A DNA stretch of 60,129 nucleotides, counting the filler, from Globobulimina sp. (lineage: Eukaryota): assembly GCA_003354225.1 (NCBI GenBank). It is 14 parts of 14 records of this genome, joined end to end, with 100 filler letters (N's around TTAATTAATTAA, not from the genome) between each part and the next. Parts side by side here need not be neighbours in the genome. Positions count along the whole stretch, not along the records: positions 1 to 4,210 come from PIVH01001470.1; positions 4,311 to 8,515 come from PIVH01001471.1; positions 8,616 to 12,820 come from PIVH01001472.1; 11 more parts are not named here. The stretch is one strand, 5' to 3'. The translations under genes and the position numbers were made by a program. Under the pieces are notes generated by a model. That model worked only from the letters and a program-made list of their open reading frames with translations, searched no databases and had not been told where the DNA came from. Positions 1 through 11,600 of this stretch are shown one piece after another (the first letter of the stretch is position 1; every line of letters starts with the position of its first letter).

Positions 1-43
1 AATAATAATAATTCACTGCAGAAAAAAAACAGAAAAAAATACT

Positions 44-2265
44 TCATTGCATTGTAATCCGTGTATCAACATCAGCAATAACTTGATAACCATCTTTACT
101 GTAATTATATTGGTAATATTGTTTATATACAAAATATAAAAATATCCCAACACAACCAGCAATAAACCAACATCCGACCCACACATTTACAAGATCTCCA
201 TTACTCATTATTGCCAATGTTGATAATACATACTCTTCATTTTCATCATCGACTATATCAATGGGAGCTTCCCATGATTTAAAAAATAAACCTTGCAATG
301 CTTTAGAATATGGAACCATTTCACTTACATCAACACCTCGTTCAATTGCAGCATCTGCATATTCATCATCAATATTATTGAATCCCTTTCTTAAATGCCA
401 TGTATATTCCTGCTCATTCAAAAAGGGCGAAACAAATGCTCCATCACCTACAGTATATATATATATTGTCAATGTAACAATGTTATAAATATAAATATAT
501 ATATTATATACCCAAAAGACTTGGATTCCCGGCGGGCAGTCTATTCCATAAAAATGGCAAAGGCTCACTATATAAATAATGCTCAGTATAACCTTTTAAT
601 ATACGCTTTGCATATTCAATGACTTGGTAATTAATTTGTGTCTCACTGTCCAACTGCAATAAATTTGTTTTTTCAGCAATATCATCAGTTAAACAGAACA
701 AAAATCTATTCTCCACAGCTTGTGCTAATGACACAACATCATCCAAAATCAAATTAAAATTACCATATTGATCAGGAACACACCATCCATCATCACGGAT
801 ATATGCCCACCGATCAATGGCATCGCTTTTTGAGATATATTTATATAACTTATTATCTGCAGGATACTGAAATACAATGCTTGCGGAATCTAAGTTCTTT
901 AAACCTATGTTCATTACAATATGATCCCTTTTATTTTCTTCAGAAACAGCTGCTGAACCATACATAATCAAATCATACTGGTTGACACCTAAAATATTCA
1001 TGTATTCGACGCATATTACAAGCAATGCAGAGGCATGACATTGACATACCATCCCAGGTAAAGTCTTTTTTATTTATCTGACTTAATAAATTGGCATACT
1101 TCAAGAGCGTCGGTGTCCAATCAAGCGAACTAAACATTTCATCGCGTGAAGTGCCATATTGTTCCTCCGGGATAAGTCCACCAGACACCAATGCAATTGT
1201 TCTTAAGTTGCCATCAAACAATGTTCCCTTCGTTCCTCTTAAAGGGAAATTACATCCTTTATTGGAAACATCCCCTCCGTTATCTGAAGTAAATACAATG
1301 ACAGTGTTATCCCATACTTCTTTTACTGCTTTTAACTCATTGATTATGTCACCAACCACATCGTCAGTAAGTAACATATTTTCACAATATTTGTGTCTTC
1401 TATTTGTAGCATCGTATGGTAATATTTTATTACATTCGCCCCTTTTCTCAGGCACTTCATTCAATGGCCCATGGATAGTCTGTAAGGCGATGTACATATA
1501 AAAAGGTGCCATATTCTTCTGTTTTTTCACTTTGCTTTTCTTGCTGTTATATATTTGTTGATCAATGTATTGTATTATTTTATCGCGATACAGATACATT
1601 GTGTTATCATCAAATATATTCTGGTCTGAATAATCAGGGCCAATATAATCACGCAAATCAGCCGCTTCTGCCCATTCTAATAATTGTTGCTGTCTGCCAG
1701 CAATATCCGTGGTTAATAATGTTTGTTCTTTCGCATCTTCCCAAAAATCAAAATGATTGCTATCACCGTATTTAATATCAATATATTTCAAATTATCATA
1801 ATGTATGGCACCTTGATAAAAACCATAAAAATGATCGAATCCACGGCTTGTTGGCAATAATAAATCAGATGAATATCCTAAGTGCCACTTGCCGACAGCA
1901 AATGTATTATATCCACCCACCGATTGCAACCATGATGCTATGGTTGGTTGACCCCGTGGGATTCCTCCAATTTCTGTATAATCCCATGGTAGCATCTTGC
2001 CATAGCCACTATACATTGCATATCGACCTGTGATTATTTGGGAGCGACTCGGCGAACACATTAAATGGATGTAATGAGTATTTAAGGATACACCATTTGC
2101 TTTTAAATCGTCAATGTTTGGTGTTGGGAATTGGCCGCCGTTAAAGCTCACATCATTCCAACCTATATCGTCCATTAAAATAAATACGATATTAGGTGAT
2201 GTTCTTTTTTTCGATAATGACAATAGAAATAAAATATTGAATACAAATAATAGTAAGTGAGCCAT
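44..2265 (-). CDS. Arylsulfatase (ARSB/I/J-like S1 sulfatase) with signal peptide and C-terminal TM helix; exons 2265-1050, 988-512, 447-44
   Basis: Motifs PNIVFILMDDIGWND, formylglycine CSPSR, GKWHLG, RGFDHFYG, TSDNGG, PLRGTKGTLFDG. GT-AG introns at 1049-989 and 511-448 join three ORFs in frame. Confidence 0.92.
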
Positions 2266-2445
2266 TGGAGTCACATGTAATAGGATTTTGCAGCTGGACT
2301 CGACCTGTTATATGTGTCGAAAATTAATGTTTGTGTAACGAATCACGGTCAGGAGCTCGAGATTTTATAATAAAATAATTCAAATATTATATGTACTATA
2401 TATATACAACATGTACAAAGTGAAAAACAAAGATGAAAACACTCG

Positions 2446-3756
2446 TCACTTTTTATCTTGAACAATAAACAAAGTATTATGTTTTCCCAAATACACAGCT
2501 TTTATCTTCACATTCCTATTAATCATTGGGTTTATTAAGTTTAATTCTAATGCATATTCCTGTCCATTATATGTCATACATTCATTAAATCGATTGCTAC
2601 CCCATAAATAATGCTCATTTGCATCTGTTTCCGCATATCCATGATAATAACCACAGGAAATATTTGTAACAGTACAATCGCACAATGCCTTAATCATCAA
2701 TGGAGTGCTTACATTCTCGTTAAATCCTTTTCTTGTTCTTTTAGCATTTCCTAATTGCCCATAATCATTTTTTCCAAATGCAAAAACCTTTCCATTTTGA
2801 GCTAAAACCAAACTAAAATACGCTCCACAACAAATATCTTTGATTGTAATCTTGTGATATTGCCGAAAATATGTAATCATTAATGGCATTTTTTGCATTT
2901 CAATTGCATCTTTATCCATATTTGTTATCTGTTGGCCACATTGACCATAATCATTGTCCCCGTAACTATACACAGTGCCAAGTGATGTTAATAATAAACA
3001 ATGATTAAATCCTGTCTTTATTTTACTGACAATGACACCTTTTAACCGTTTAAATTCTTTCCATTTATGAGCTGATTGCTGTATGGCGGAAAGTAATAAT
3101 TTATCTTCCTCTGCAGCTGTGTTATCATATAAAGTGATGTAAATCCGAGTATATGTTCTACAAAACGTAGATATTAATGTTACAACGTCATTTGGTATAA
3201 TTACATCTTTGAGAAACATACGACGAACCCAGACAGCAATGATTGTGTTTGAAACATTACAGAGTGCAATGGAAAAATAATTACAAGCTTGAACATCAAC
3301 CACGCCGCGAATTTCTCGGATTTCTGTGGGCTTTTTAATATGTTTTATATCAGGAATTCCTGCTTGAAAACGGTCATTGCAGCCCGTTACAAATAATCGC
3401 TGAGTATCACTGACCCAAAATGTGGTTTTACCACCTAATCCAACACATATTTTCTGAAGAGTTATTTCATTATCTTCAAAATATGTGATTGGAGAGAGAG
3501 TTCCCATGGGCGCCAAGTTTTGTTGATATGACCACGTGCCGGATATGCCAATAATTGTATTTTGTGCATTTGAATAAATATTATAGCCAGAGCCAATAAA
3601 AATATTTGCTATCGAATAAGCTTTATGAACGCGTTTAAGAGATATTGATTCTTGAGAACCTATTCCGATTTCAAATGATTCATTTTTACCTATCGCCCAG
3701 AGTCCTTTTGATTTTATTGTTTGTATGTCGTGCACTTTTGACGACTTGTTACCCAT
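2446..3756 (-). CDS. RCC1-repeat protein with possible N-myristoylation (MGNKSS)
   Basis: RCC1 repeats GFNHCLLLTSLGTVYSYGDNDYGQCG, CGAYFSLVLAQNGKVFAFGKNDYGQLG, CGYYH...WGSNRFNEC. Confidence 0.9.
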   Translation of the reverse strand: MGNKSSKVHDIQTIKSKGLWAIGKNESFEIGIGSQESISLKRVHKAYSIANIFIGSGYNIYSNAQNTIIGISGTWSYQQNLAPMGTLSPITYFEDNEITLQKICVGLGGKTTFWVSDTQRLFVTGCNDRFQAGIPDIKHIKKPTEIREIRGVVDVQACNYFSIALCNVSNTIIAVWVRRMFLKDVIIPNDVVTLISTFCRTYTRIYITLYDNTAAEEDKLLLSAIQQSAHKWKEFKRLKGVIVSKIKTGFNHCLLLTSLGTVYSYGDNDYGQCGQQITNMDKDAIEMQKMPLMITYFRQYHKITIKDICCGAYFSLVLAQNGKVFAFGKNDYGQLGNAKRTRKGFNENVSTPLMIKALCDCTVTNISCGYYHGYAETDANEHYLWGSNRFNECMTYNGQEYALELNLINPMINRNVKIKAVYLGKHNTLFIVQDKK

Positions 3757-3808
3757 GATTTATAACAAAAACTCAGTTCAAAACATTACATTACATCTCT
3801 GTCACACC

Positions 3809-4210
3809 ATGGCAGCCGTACAACCACTGATTTTTTTCTTTTCATTCGTTACTATCAACAGTGTCGATTGTGCGAAAACCATAGACTTTACACCATGGAT
3901 TACATCCTCATATAGAATGCCCGAAGCTGATTTTTATACTGCTGTTGGATATCACAATGGTTCTTTCTATTTGTTTGGTGGTTACACTTATCGATCACAG
4001 TTGGTTGAATTCACCGGATTGTCGTCCACAACATTCATTACACATAACCCATTAACTCAACAAATATATGGATCCGGGCAATTTTACACTCAAATTAATG
4101 AAACATTATATTGGATCGATTTTGAATCTGGAGATGCCATCATTGCCTATGATCTGTCGCAGCAAACTGTGCTGCAAAGTGAGAATATATCCACACCGCA
4201 AGGCGTATTA
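3809..4210 (+). CDS. Secreted kelch/beta-propeller-like protein, 3' partial
   Basis: Signal peptide MAAVQPLIFFFSFVTINS and kelch-like AVGYHNGSFYLFGG; runs off the contig end. Confidence 0.6.
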
Positions 4211-4310
4211 NNNNNNNNNNNNNNNNNNNNNNNNNNNNNNNNNNNNNNNNNNNNTTAATTAATTAANNNNNNNNNNNNNNNNNNNNNNNNNNNNNNNNNN
4301 NNNNNNNNNN
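4211..4310. other. Artificial contig linker (44N-TTAATTAATTAA-44N), first of 13
   Basis: The same 100-nt spacer, with stops in all six frames, recurs at 8516-8615, 12821-12920, 17126-17225, 21430-21529, 25733-25832, 30035-30134, 34337-34436, 38638-38737, 42939-43038, 47238-47337, 51536-51635 and 55833-55932. Contig lengths fall from about 4210 to 4197 bp. Confidence 0.99.
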
Positions 4311-5157
4311 AACTAGATTAGAAGTTTGGGTCATGCCTTTTTCTTTTCTTTACAACTCAGTGCCTGACCGGTTTAGTAATTCGGCTGAGGCTTCCTCGAT
4401 AACGTTTATTTCATTTTATTTATTAAAACATATTATGTTTTTTATTTATGTTTGTTATATATTGGTTATACATATTACGAATCTCATTTATATTTTATAC
4501 ATGATTTTAATGGTTGTACATATTATTCATATTTTTAATGGTTTATTAATTCAATTATCGATCTGGATTTTCATTGTTATATATATTTTTGTTATATTGT
4601 CTATAAATTTGTGTGTACGTATTATGAATATATCAAATTGATTTTTAGATGATGCGAATTATACATATTAATCATATTCAAATGGTTTTGTTTGTCAATG
4701 TTAAGTTTTCTGTTATATTCTTTTTCTCTTTCTTTTTTGCAGGATTTTGTTGAATGTCAGAAACTTTAAGCTTTAGTGACTCCGAAATTTCACTGCATGT
4801 CTGACATAGGTTTGTTTTTTATGAATTTAATTTGGTCATTGAGTTTGTTCGGTATTTATATTTTATACACACGAGACATTGTCGTCCGAATTGGTTGAGA
4901 CCAATAAACCATATCTATATCCATTGAGAGAGAAACCGCAAGGAATTATTGGTTTATCCACCGGTAAAACACCCGAACTGTTCATAAGATGGCTGCGTTA
5001 TTATCGATTGAATTGGAAAGAGGACGCATAAATTGTTTGAGAATCCACAGCATAGCGACTCCGAATTTAAATTGTTTTTAAGTCTTCCGTCGTTGCGGTC
5101 TGTTCCGTCGCAACCAATTCAAATTGACGTCAATTTAGGGGACAATAATGAGAGTAA

Positions 5158-7521
5158 ATCGGTGGAGAGCTAAAAGTGAATGATAATATCGCAGTTTATA
5201 TGTTTAATGAGTGGCAGCCCGCAGTTATAATTGGTACAGCTTTAAATTTCGACCCGCAGCTAAATGAAATAATTGTGCATTTTACTCATTTTGATGAACG
5301 TGGTGCAAATATGGATGAGTTGTTGCGTTTGGATGCAGACAGAGTCAGTATTGAATATTTCGATGATGCATTGAAAGCAGCTCAACTGCGCCAAATGGAA
5401 AGGAAAAGAAAAGCGGTCATTAATATTGACAGTGTCGATGTGGTGGATACGAAAAAGGAAAAGAAAATGAAATCCATTTGTAATTCTCGCACCAAACACA
5501 AGATTTCGGCACATTCGAATTCAGCTCGTTCGGCTTCGATTATTGAAACCAATGAGAAATATTATCAATGGAAGAAATGTGAGATTGCGACCAGCCATCA
5601 TTTGAAATATTGCTATCAGCGCTTACTGGAAAATGCGAGCAAGTTTCATTTGTCACCGACGGACATCGACATATTAAACAAGAAGACATTGGTAATGGAG
5701 CTGTCTTTTGTAGACTGCCGACAGGAATTACAGGAACAGTCCGAGATGAAAGTGGCAAATTGCCGCAAAGTAATCGACGAATATGAGATTCAAATCGATC
5801 AATGGTCGCGGGATCTAAAAATACGCGAAATCGACGAATTGGTGAAAATCCGCAGCAAAATTCCCATCGCTCAGTGGAAAAAGAAACAATTCAACAAAAT
5901 GCACGCTGGATACAATAAATACGCATTGCAGAAAGACGAAATACAGCGCAAATTACAATATGCCTGCTTCAAACTGCGGAGTATCAATGTTCGCCAAAAA
6001 TTGAATGATTGGCTGCCGCAATTTTGCGCCATTTGGGATAAAATCAATGAAGAATTCCGGCAGAAGCACTGTGGGAATGTGGTTGGCGTGAAACGGCGCC
6101 ATACGTTTTCGCAGTATATCACCAACTCATTGTACAATTTCCAGCGTCGCATGACTGAGATTTGCAAACATCACCGCGACTGCGCAGATCGGGTCAATAA
6201 CAGCAACCTGGCACTGCAGGATCAAGTGTCTTATTTCCGAGCGAAATGGAATGATTTGTCCGATATCACGGTCTTGTTTCGAGTGTTTGGGCAAATCTTC
6301 GACGACCACAAGAAATTAATCAAATACCAACAGGAACTCAAAGAGACCGAGGAAAAGACGCAAATCCATTGTGCCATTGTGGACGACTTTGACATTGAAA
6401 AATGGACAGTTGTCGGCATCGAGAATCATTTGCGAAATAGGTACGAGATTTGGAAGCAAAAAGCTTTGGGCAAATCGCAGCAATTAAGATATTTGAAACA
6501 GAAACACGAAATCTTATTGAATGCGGGCTGCAGAGTAGAACAGGAATGCTCTATTTGCAAACAGAAAATCCGCGATCCGACGCTGACGCCATGCGGACAT
6601 TTGTTTTGCGAGCAATGCATCTTAGCATGGCTGCAATCGGTGAATCAAAGGAGTGTGAACGGCAAAGCGTGTCCGCAATGTCGACGCCATTTGGACGAAT
6701 CTGAAATATTCCATGTTTCTGAATATTTGACGCAATCGAATTCGTCGTATATACATTCGTCGATCGACTCTGTGTTTAATGGGAACGAGCTGCAGAAAGA
6801 GGTCGAGGTCGATGTTGCGCGCAATCCCAAGGCGGAAATGGACGATGAGGAGGAAGAGAAATTGGAGTGCATCACCTCAGGAACGCATATTGATAACATT
6901 GACATTGTCGGCAAAGGGGATTATGGCACGAAAATTGAGTCTTTGGTGAAATATCTGAAATATTTATCCATTCGAGAAGCCAATGCAAAAAGTTTGGTGT
7001 ACTCTCAATTCAATCAGTTGCTGTCCATCATTGCCGCCATTTTGTACGAGAATGGCATTCAAGTCATCCACCAAAATGCAAATCCGCTGTTGTCGCGACA
7101 GGAAAAGGCGAAACGGATTGAAAAGTTTCAGACCGATCCGAGTGTAAAAGTGTTGCTGTTGTCATTGCGGACGGACTCTTCGGGTTTGACACTGATTCAG
7201 GCGACGCACGTTTTTTTATTGGAGCCGAGTTTGAATGAAGCCATCGAGTTGCAAGCAATTGACAGGGTCCATCGCGTCGGACAGACAAAGCATACTTTCG
7301 TGCACAGATATTTTATGAAAGGCACCGTGGAGGAAAACATTTTGCGGCAAAGATATCAGAAATTGTTAAACCGAAAAAAGAATTCGAATAAAAATGATAG
7401 CGAACATTCCGGATTGGATAAAGGACAAAATAGCGAACAAATGACCATTCAAGAATTGAGGAAGCTGTTTGGCCACAACTCGAGCTCGCAACTAATGATT
7501 GACACCACGCCAAATAATTGA
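5158..7521 (+). CDS. SHPRH/Irc20-like protein, C-terminal half (Tudor-knot-like segment, RING finger, SNF2 helicase-C domain); 5' end disrupted or spliced
   Basis: RING CSIC..PCGHLFCEQC..CPQCR; helicase-C motifs YGTKIESL, KSLVYSQF, SGLTLIQATHVFLLEP, ELQAIDRVHRVGQ. There is an in-frame stop at 5155 and no SNF2 N-terminal ATPase lobe is visible. Confidence 0.82.
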   Translation: MGGELKVNDNIAVYMFNEWQPAVIIGTALNFDPQLNEIIVHFTHFDERGANMDELLRLDADRVSIEYFDDALKAAQLRQMERKRKAVINIDSVDVVDTKKEKKMKSICNSRTKHKISAHSNSARSASIIETNEKYYQWKKCEIATSHHLKYCYQRLLENASKFHLSPTDIDILNKKTLVMELSFVDCRQELQEQSEMKVANCRKVIDEYEIQIDQWSRDLKIREIDELVKIRSKIPIAQWKKKQFNKMHAGYNKYALQKDEIQRKLQYACFKLRSINVRQKLNDWLPQFCAIWDKINEEFRQKHCGNVVGVKRRHTFSQYITNSLYNFQRRMTEICKHHRDCADRVNNSNLALQDQVSYFRAKWNDLSDITVLFRVFGQIFDDHKKLIKYQQELKETEEKTQIHCAIVDDFDIEKWTVVGIENHLRNRYEIWKQKALGKSQQLRYLKQKHEILLNAGCRVEQECSICKQKIRDPTLTPCGHLFCEQCILAWLQSVNQRSVNGKACPQCRRHLDESEIFHVSEYLTQSNSSYIHSSIDSVFNGNELQKEVEVDVARNPKAEMDDEEEEKLECITSGTHIDNIDIVGKGDYGTKIESLVKYLKYLSIREANAKSLVYSQFNQLLSIIAAILYENGIQVIHQNANPLLSRQEKAKRIEKFQTDPSVKVLLLSLRTDSSGLTLIQATHVFLLEPSLNEAIELQAIDRVHRVGQTKHTFVHRYFMKGTVEENILRQRYQKLLNRKKNSNKNDSEHSGLDKGQNSEQMTIQELRKLFGHNSSSQLMIDTTPNN

Positions 7522-7602
7522 TATTATAAATTAAATATTGATTATTTTTTTTTTGCATTGTTCTTAACCATTTCCTGATTCATTTCACGACTTCATTTTC
7601 TT

Positions 7603-7789
7603 TGCATTCCATGTTTTGATGATGAGATCTGCTGTGATCCATACAAATGTCAATCTGTTGATGATTGTTGTACAATTTTTAATTATGGAGCAACATGTAG
7701 TTCGGATAATGAATGCTGTGATACAATGATATGCTGTACGATAAATGTATTTCTGAAGAAGATCTCTGTTGTTCTCGTGATGGCAGTTA
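7603..7789 (+). pseudogene. Remnant of a Cys-rich (CC-repeat) small-protein gene, ending at the MITE
   Basis: Reads CIPCFDDEICCDPYKCQSVDDCCTIFNYGATCSSDNECCDTMICC, then in another frame DKCISEEDLCCSRDGS, stopping at the TIR. Confidence 0.4.
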
Positions 7790-8515
7790 GGGGGTGTTCA
7801 AATGACTTAAGAAAGGACAATCGTATAATAATTTCGATTTTCACAAAAGTGTGAGATGTATATACTTTGTCCGACGCTGAATCACCAAAAGTGTGGGATT
7901 GTACCAAAGTGTCCGACGAAAAAAAAAATTACGTAAAGAAAAAAAATATATCACTCAATTGATTGATGATTCGGTCGCAAATGATTGATAACTTTCCAAA
8001 TTTCAGCTGCATCATTTGATGATTAATTTTAGTTACATTTGTAAGTTACTTAATTCAAAAGTTTTCACATCAAACATGTCTGTTGATGTACAAACTCTTA
8101 AGAAATTCGAAAATTTGAGTATAAAACGCCAGGATCTATTAATAAATGCAGTTGAATTGATTGAAAATGCAGATGATGAAGACATATTCATTGCAAATGC
8201 AAAAATTTAATGACATATCTTACATTGGAAGATTTAGGAAATATGTTATTGGTTAATAAATTATGTCACACTTTTATGTCAGTTAGACATACTGAGGGTG
8301 TTTGGCAGGACGAATATGACGAAGAAGATGGAGAGCTATATTGTGTTGGGTGGAAACCTTTGAATATTGAAAACTTTATGGAAAAAAAAATCGATTCTCC
8401 ATGGAAAGTGTGAGATTACTATTGTTTGTCCGACCATATTTTTAAAAAGTGTGAGATGGATATACTTTGTCCGACGATAAAAATACTACTGTCCTTTCCT
8501 AAGTCATTTGAACAC
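7790..8515. mobile_element. Non-autonomous TIR DNA transposon (PIF/Harbinger, Tourist-like MITE); right end clipped by the contig end
   Basis: Inverted repeats 7794-7819 and 8490-8515 match at 25 of 26 nt. The left end is TTA|GGGGGTGTTC. Four subterminal AAAGTGTG..N..TGTCCGAC direct repeats. No transposase. Confidence 0.8.
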
Positions 8516-8615
8516 NNNNNNNNNNNNNNNNNNNNNNNNNNNNNNNNNNNNNNNNNNNNTTAATTAATTAANNNNNNNNNNNNNNNNNNNNNNNNNNNNN
8601 NNNNNNNNNNNNNNN

Positions 8616-11600
8616 TGATTTAGTATTTAATCCTATTATCCAACGAAATCTATGGAATCAGTCACAATTTGGTCCCGGATTGCTACAGTTTCAATGTAAT
8701 CAAAATTATCTAAATACGAATTATAACGCCGACCCGGATGATTCTAAAGATTTTGTGATGGAAACGTCTCAACCTTTTATACCAAGCGAGTCATTGGTTG
8801 TTAGCCAGTGCGAGAATGCCGACATTAAAATTGATGATATCTCGGCAGAGTATAACGATCATTTTATTATAAATAACAATCGAACGGTGTATATATGTCC
8901 TATTATTGGGTGCGATAAGCACCGTACTTCCGCACATTTGTCATCATTTGTTGATTATTGGACCAATTCATACATTGCAAACAAACGACCCGTGCGTTTT
9001 TATGGATTTATAAAGAAATCTGAGCTAAAAGCTCATTTAACAAAATATCATTTATTAGCAAATCCAAGCTCGATTCCGCCAAAATATCTAATAAAATATA
9101 GTTATAATATATGTAGAATATGTAGCAAATTTTGTCGACGCTCAACCGATGCACATCCCGGTTGTATACAGAAAGAAACAGATTTTATAATTCCTGCGGA
9201 CAAACTAGAATCATTTGAGTCTGCGTCGTTAGATATTATTCAGGCATTACAACCAAAGTTATTATTTAATATACCTTCGTCGTGTACCACATTATTCACT
9301 GAGTTATTGAGTGAAATTATCGAATCAGCAGCTAACCCGAACACGAATCAGGCGCATTTTTTCAAACTTTATCATGCATTTACTAAATTAATATTAATAA
9401 AGCCACCAAAGCGTAGTGGCAGACGAAGATATATGCAACGCGCTAAAATGTGTAAAATACGTTTGAAGATGTTTCGGGATCAAAAATATGATTTATTATG
9501 GACCCATTTATTACAGCATATGGATACTTTGGCAGAAATGAGTCAGAAACGGCTCAAACGCGGTAAAGTTATGCAGCCCATTGCCAATCAATTATTTATG
9601 CGACAAAGGCGAGCGGTTAATTACGTTCGCGAAGGTGACTTAAGTCGGGCGGCTGCAGCGTTGACAACCAATGGTATGGCCCCATTAACTGACGCAATTA
9701 GACAACAATTAGTCGATAAGCATCCGGCCCAACATCGACCTGATTTGACTATATTTAATACCGAAAATCTACCGGAGATTGAATTAATTTCAGGCGAGAT
9801 TTATAAAACATGCCTGAAACAGCAACGATTGGGGGGTTCCGGACCTTCATTATTGAGACCGTATCATATCCGGCAATGTGCGCGGAGTTTTAGTGGACGC
9901 AAATTAGCGTTAAGCATTGCAAAATTTGGGCGATGTCTATTTAGTGGGAATTTCCCATTATATTTAGGTAGATATTTCGCCGCGTCCTCATTATATCCGC
10001 TATGGAAAGATAGTACGTTAACTGGTGCCAGACCTATAGCAGCCGGCGACGTTTTAGACAGAGTTATTGGTCGAACTGTTATGAGAGATAAGCGGATGGA
10101 ATGGAGAGATTTATTGGAACCGGAACAATTGTGCCTATCCGAGCGCGGTACAGAAAAATGTATATTCGCTTGTAAGCACGCAATTGCCGCCAATAAAGAT
10201 AATAAGGATTGGATTATGGTGGCGGTCGATATTAAAAATGCATATAATTCCGGCGATAGACAGATAAAATTAATTGCAACACAGAAATATGCGCCGGAAT
10301 TGTTAAACTTCGAAATATTAAAATATAACGATAGTATACCATTATATTTATCGGATGGTACAGTAATTCAGTCGCAAGCTGGCGGCAAACAAGGCGACAC
10401 ATTGGCTGGTTTTAATCATGGTTTGTATGATAAACTCATTGTCGATCCTATCCGATCCAAACCGAAGTATAATAATTTATTGAATGTCGCATTTGCCGAT
10501 GATAGAAATTTCGGCGCCAATACAAAGACAGCGGCAAGTTTCTATAGAGAGACTCGCGAAGCTTTGGGTAATGCCGGAAGCGAATATGGATCAGTTAAAT
10601 GTTTCATTTTTATGCATCCGGATAATCCATACATTGATAATACTGTTACTGAACCGGACGAGGAGAAGGCCGAAAAACTCCGACATTATAAAATCAGGGA
10701 AATGTTCGGAGATTCGGATATATCCATTCATTATGGATTTAATATGAAATTATTAGGAGCCTATATTGGCGAAGATGAATATGTAAAAGAAAGAGTTGGT
10801 GAGAAAGTGAAGGAGTTACAATTTCTTATGGACCAAGCCGCCGCTTTAGAGGATACGCAGGCGGCGGTTTTATTATTATCAAACTGTTTTGATGCGTGTC
10901 GATTAAATCATATTATCCGCACAACGCATCCGTTGATTATTATTAATGCATTAAAAGATTTTGATTTTTCATTAAAGGAGTCGTTCGAACGTATTTTTGG
11001 TCGAACTTTTACTGATTTTGAGTTTATGGAATTTTGTTTGGGTATCAAGGAGGGCGGTCATGGGGTTCGCACAATTGAAGACATTTCATACGCGGCCTAT
11101 CTGGGTTCCTATGCGCAGACAATTCCATATTTACAAACTATTGGTAATAAGATTGATTGTGATTTATTTTCAAATAATATTTATAATGATTTTGTCGCAT
11201 TAAAACAGTTATTTTGTGAGAAATATAATGTCGATCCGTTGAAATTAAGTGATAATTCATTATTTAATCAAGAAATATTATCGGATTATATTAAGGATTA
11301 TAGGTTGGCTCAATATGAGTCTACTTTGAGTACAGCCATTAACAAAAGTAGACACTCAACGGCAAAGGCTGCCAATTCGGGCGCTTGGATCCGCGCTAAG
11401 CCAACGAGGTCGGCAACTATTCTATCACCAATAATATACAAATTTGCAACATATTCAAGGTATGGATGGAAGATATTTGATTGGAATGTGGATGAGAGAA
11501 ATTGTGTTGATTGTGATGCGGAAATGGATGCCTACGGTACTCACTGTATTAATTGTGGAAGCCGGGACGGTATTTTTACGTATACACATAACAAAATTAG

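Noticed and set aside
4328-4405. HDV-like ribozyme at the start of contig 2
   Set aside because: I could not build a complete nested double pseudoknot (P1, P1.1, P2, P3) from the sequence
4333-4641. Hydrophobic 102-aa ORF (and similarly 53386-53715) as membrane proteins
   Set aside because: These are by-products of T-rich low-complexity sequence (Phe/Ile/Leu/Tyr codons) with no recognisable domain
5260-7288. Short antisense and overlapping ORFs here and across the window
   Set aside because: They are shadow frames of real genes and show no motifs
7845-8476. The ~32-nt direct repeats as a CRISPR array
   Set aside because: Spacing is irregular, the repeats are degenerate and lie inside TIRs, and there are no cas genes in this eukaryotic context
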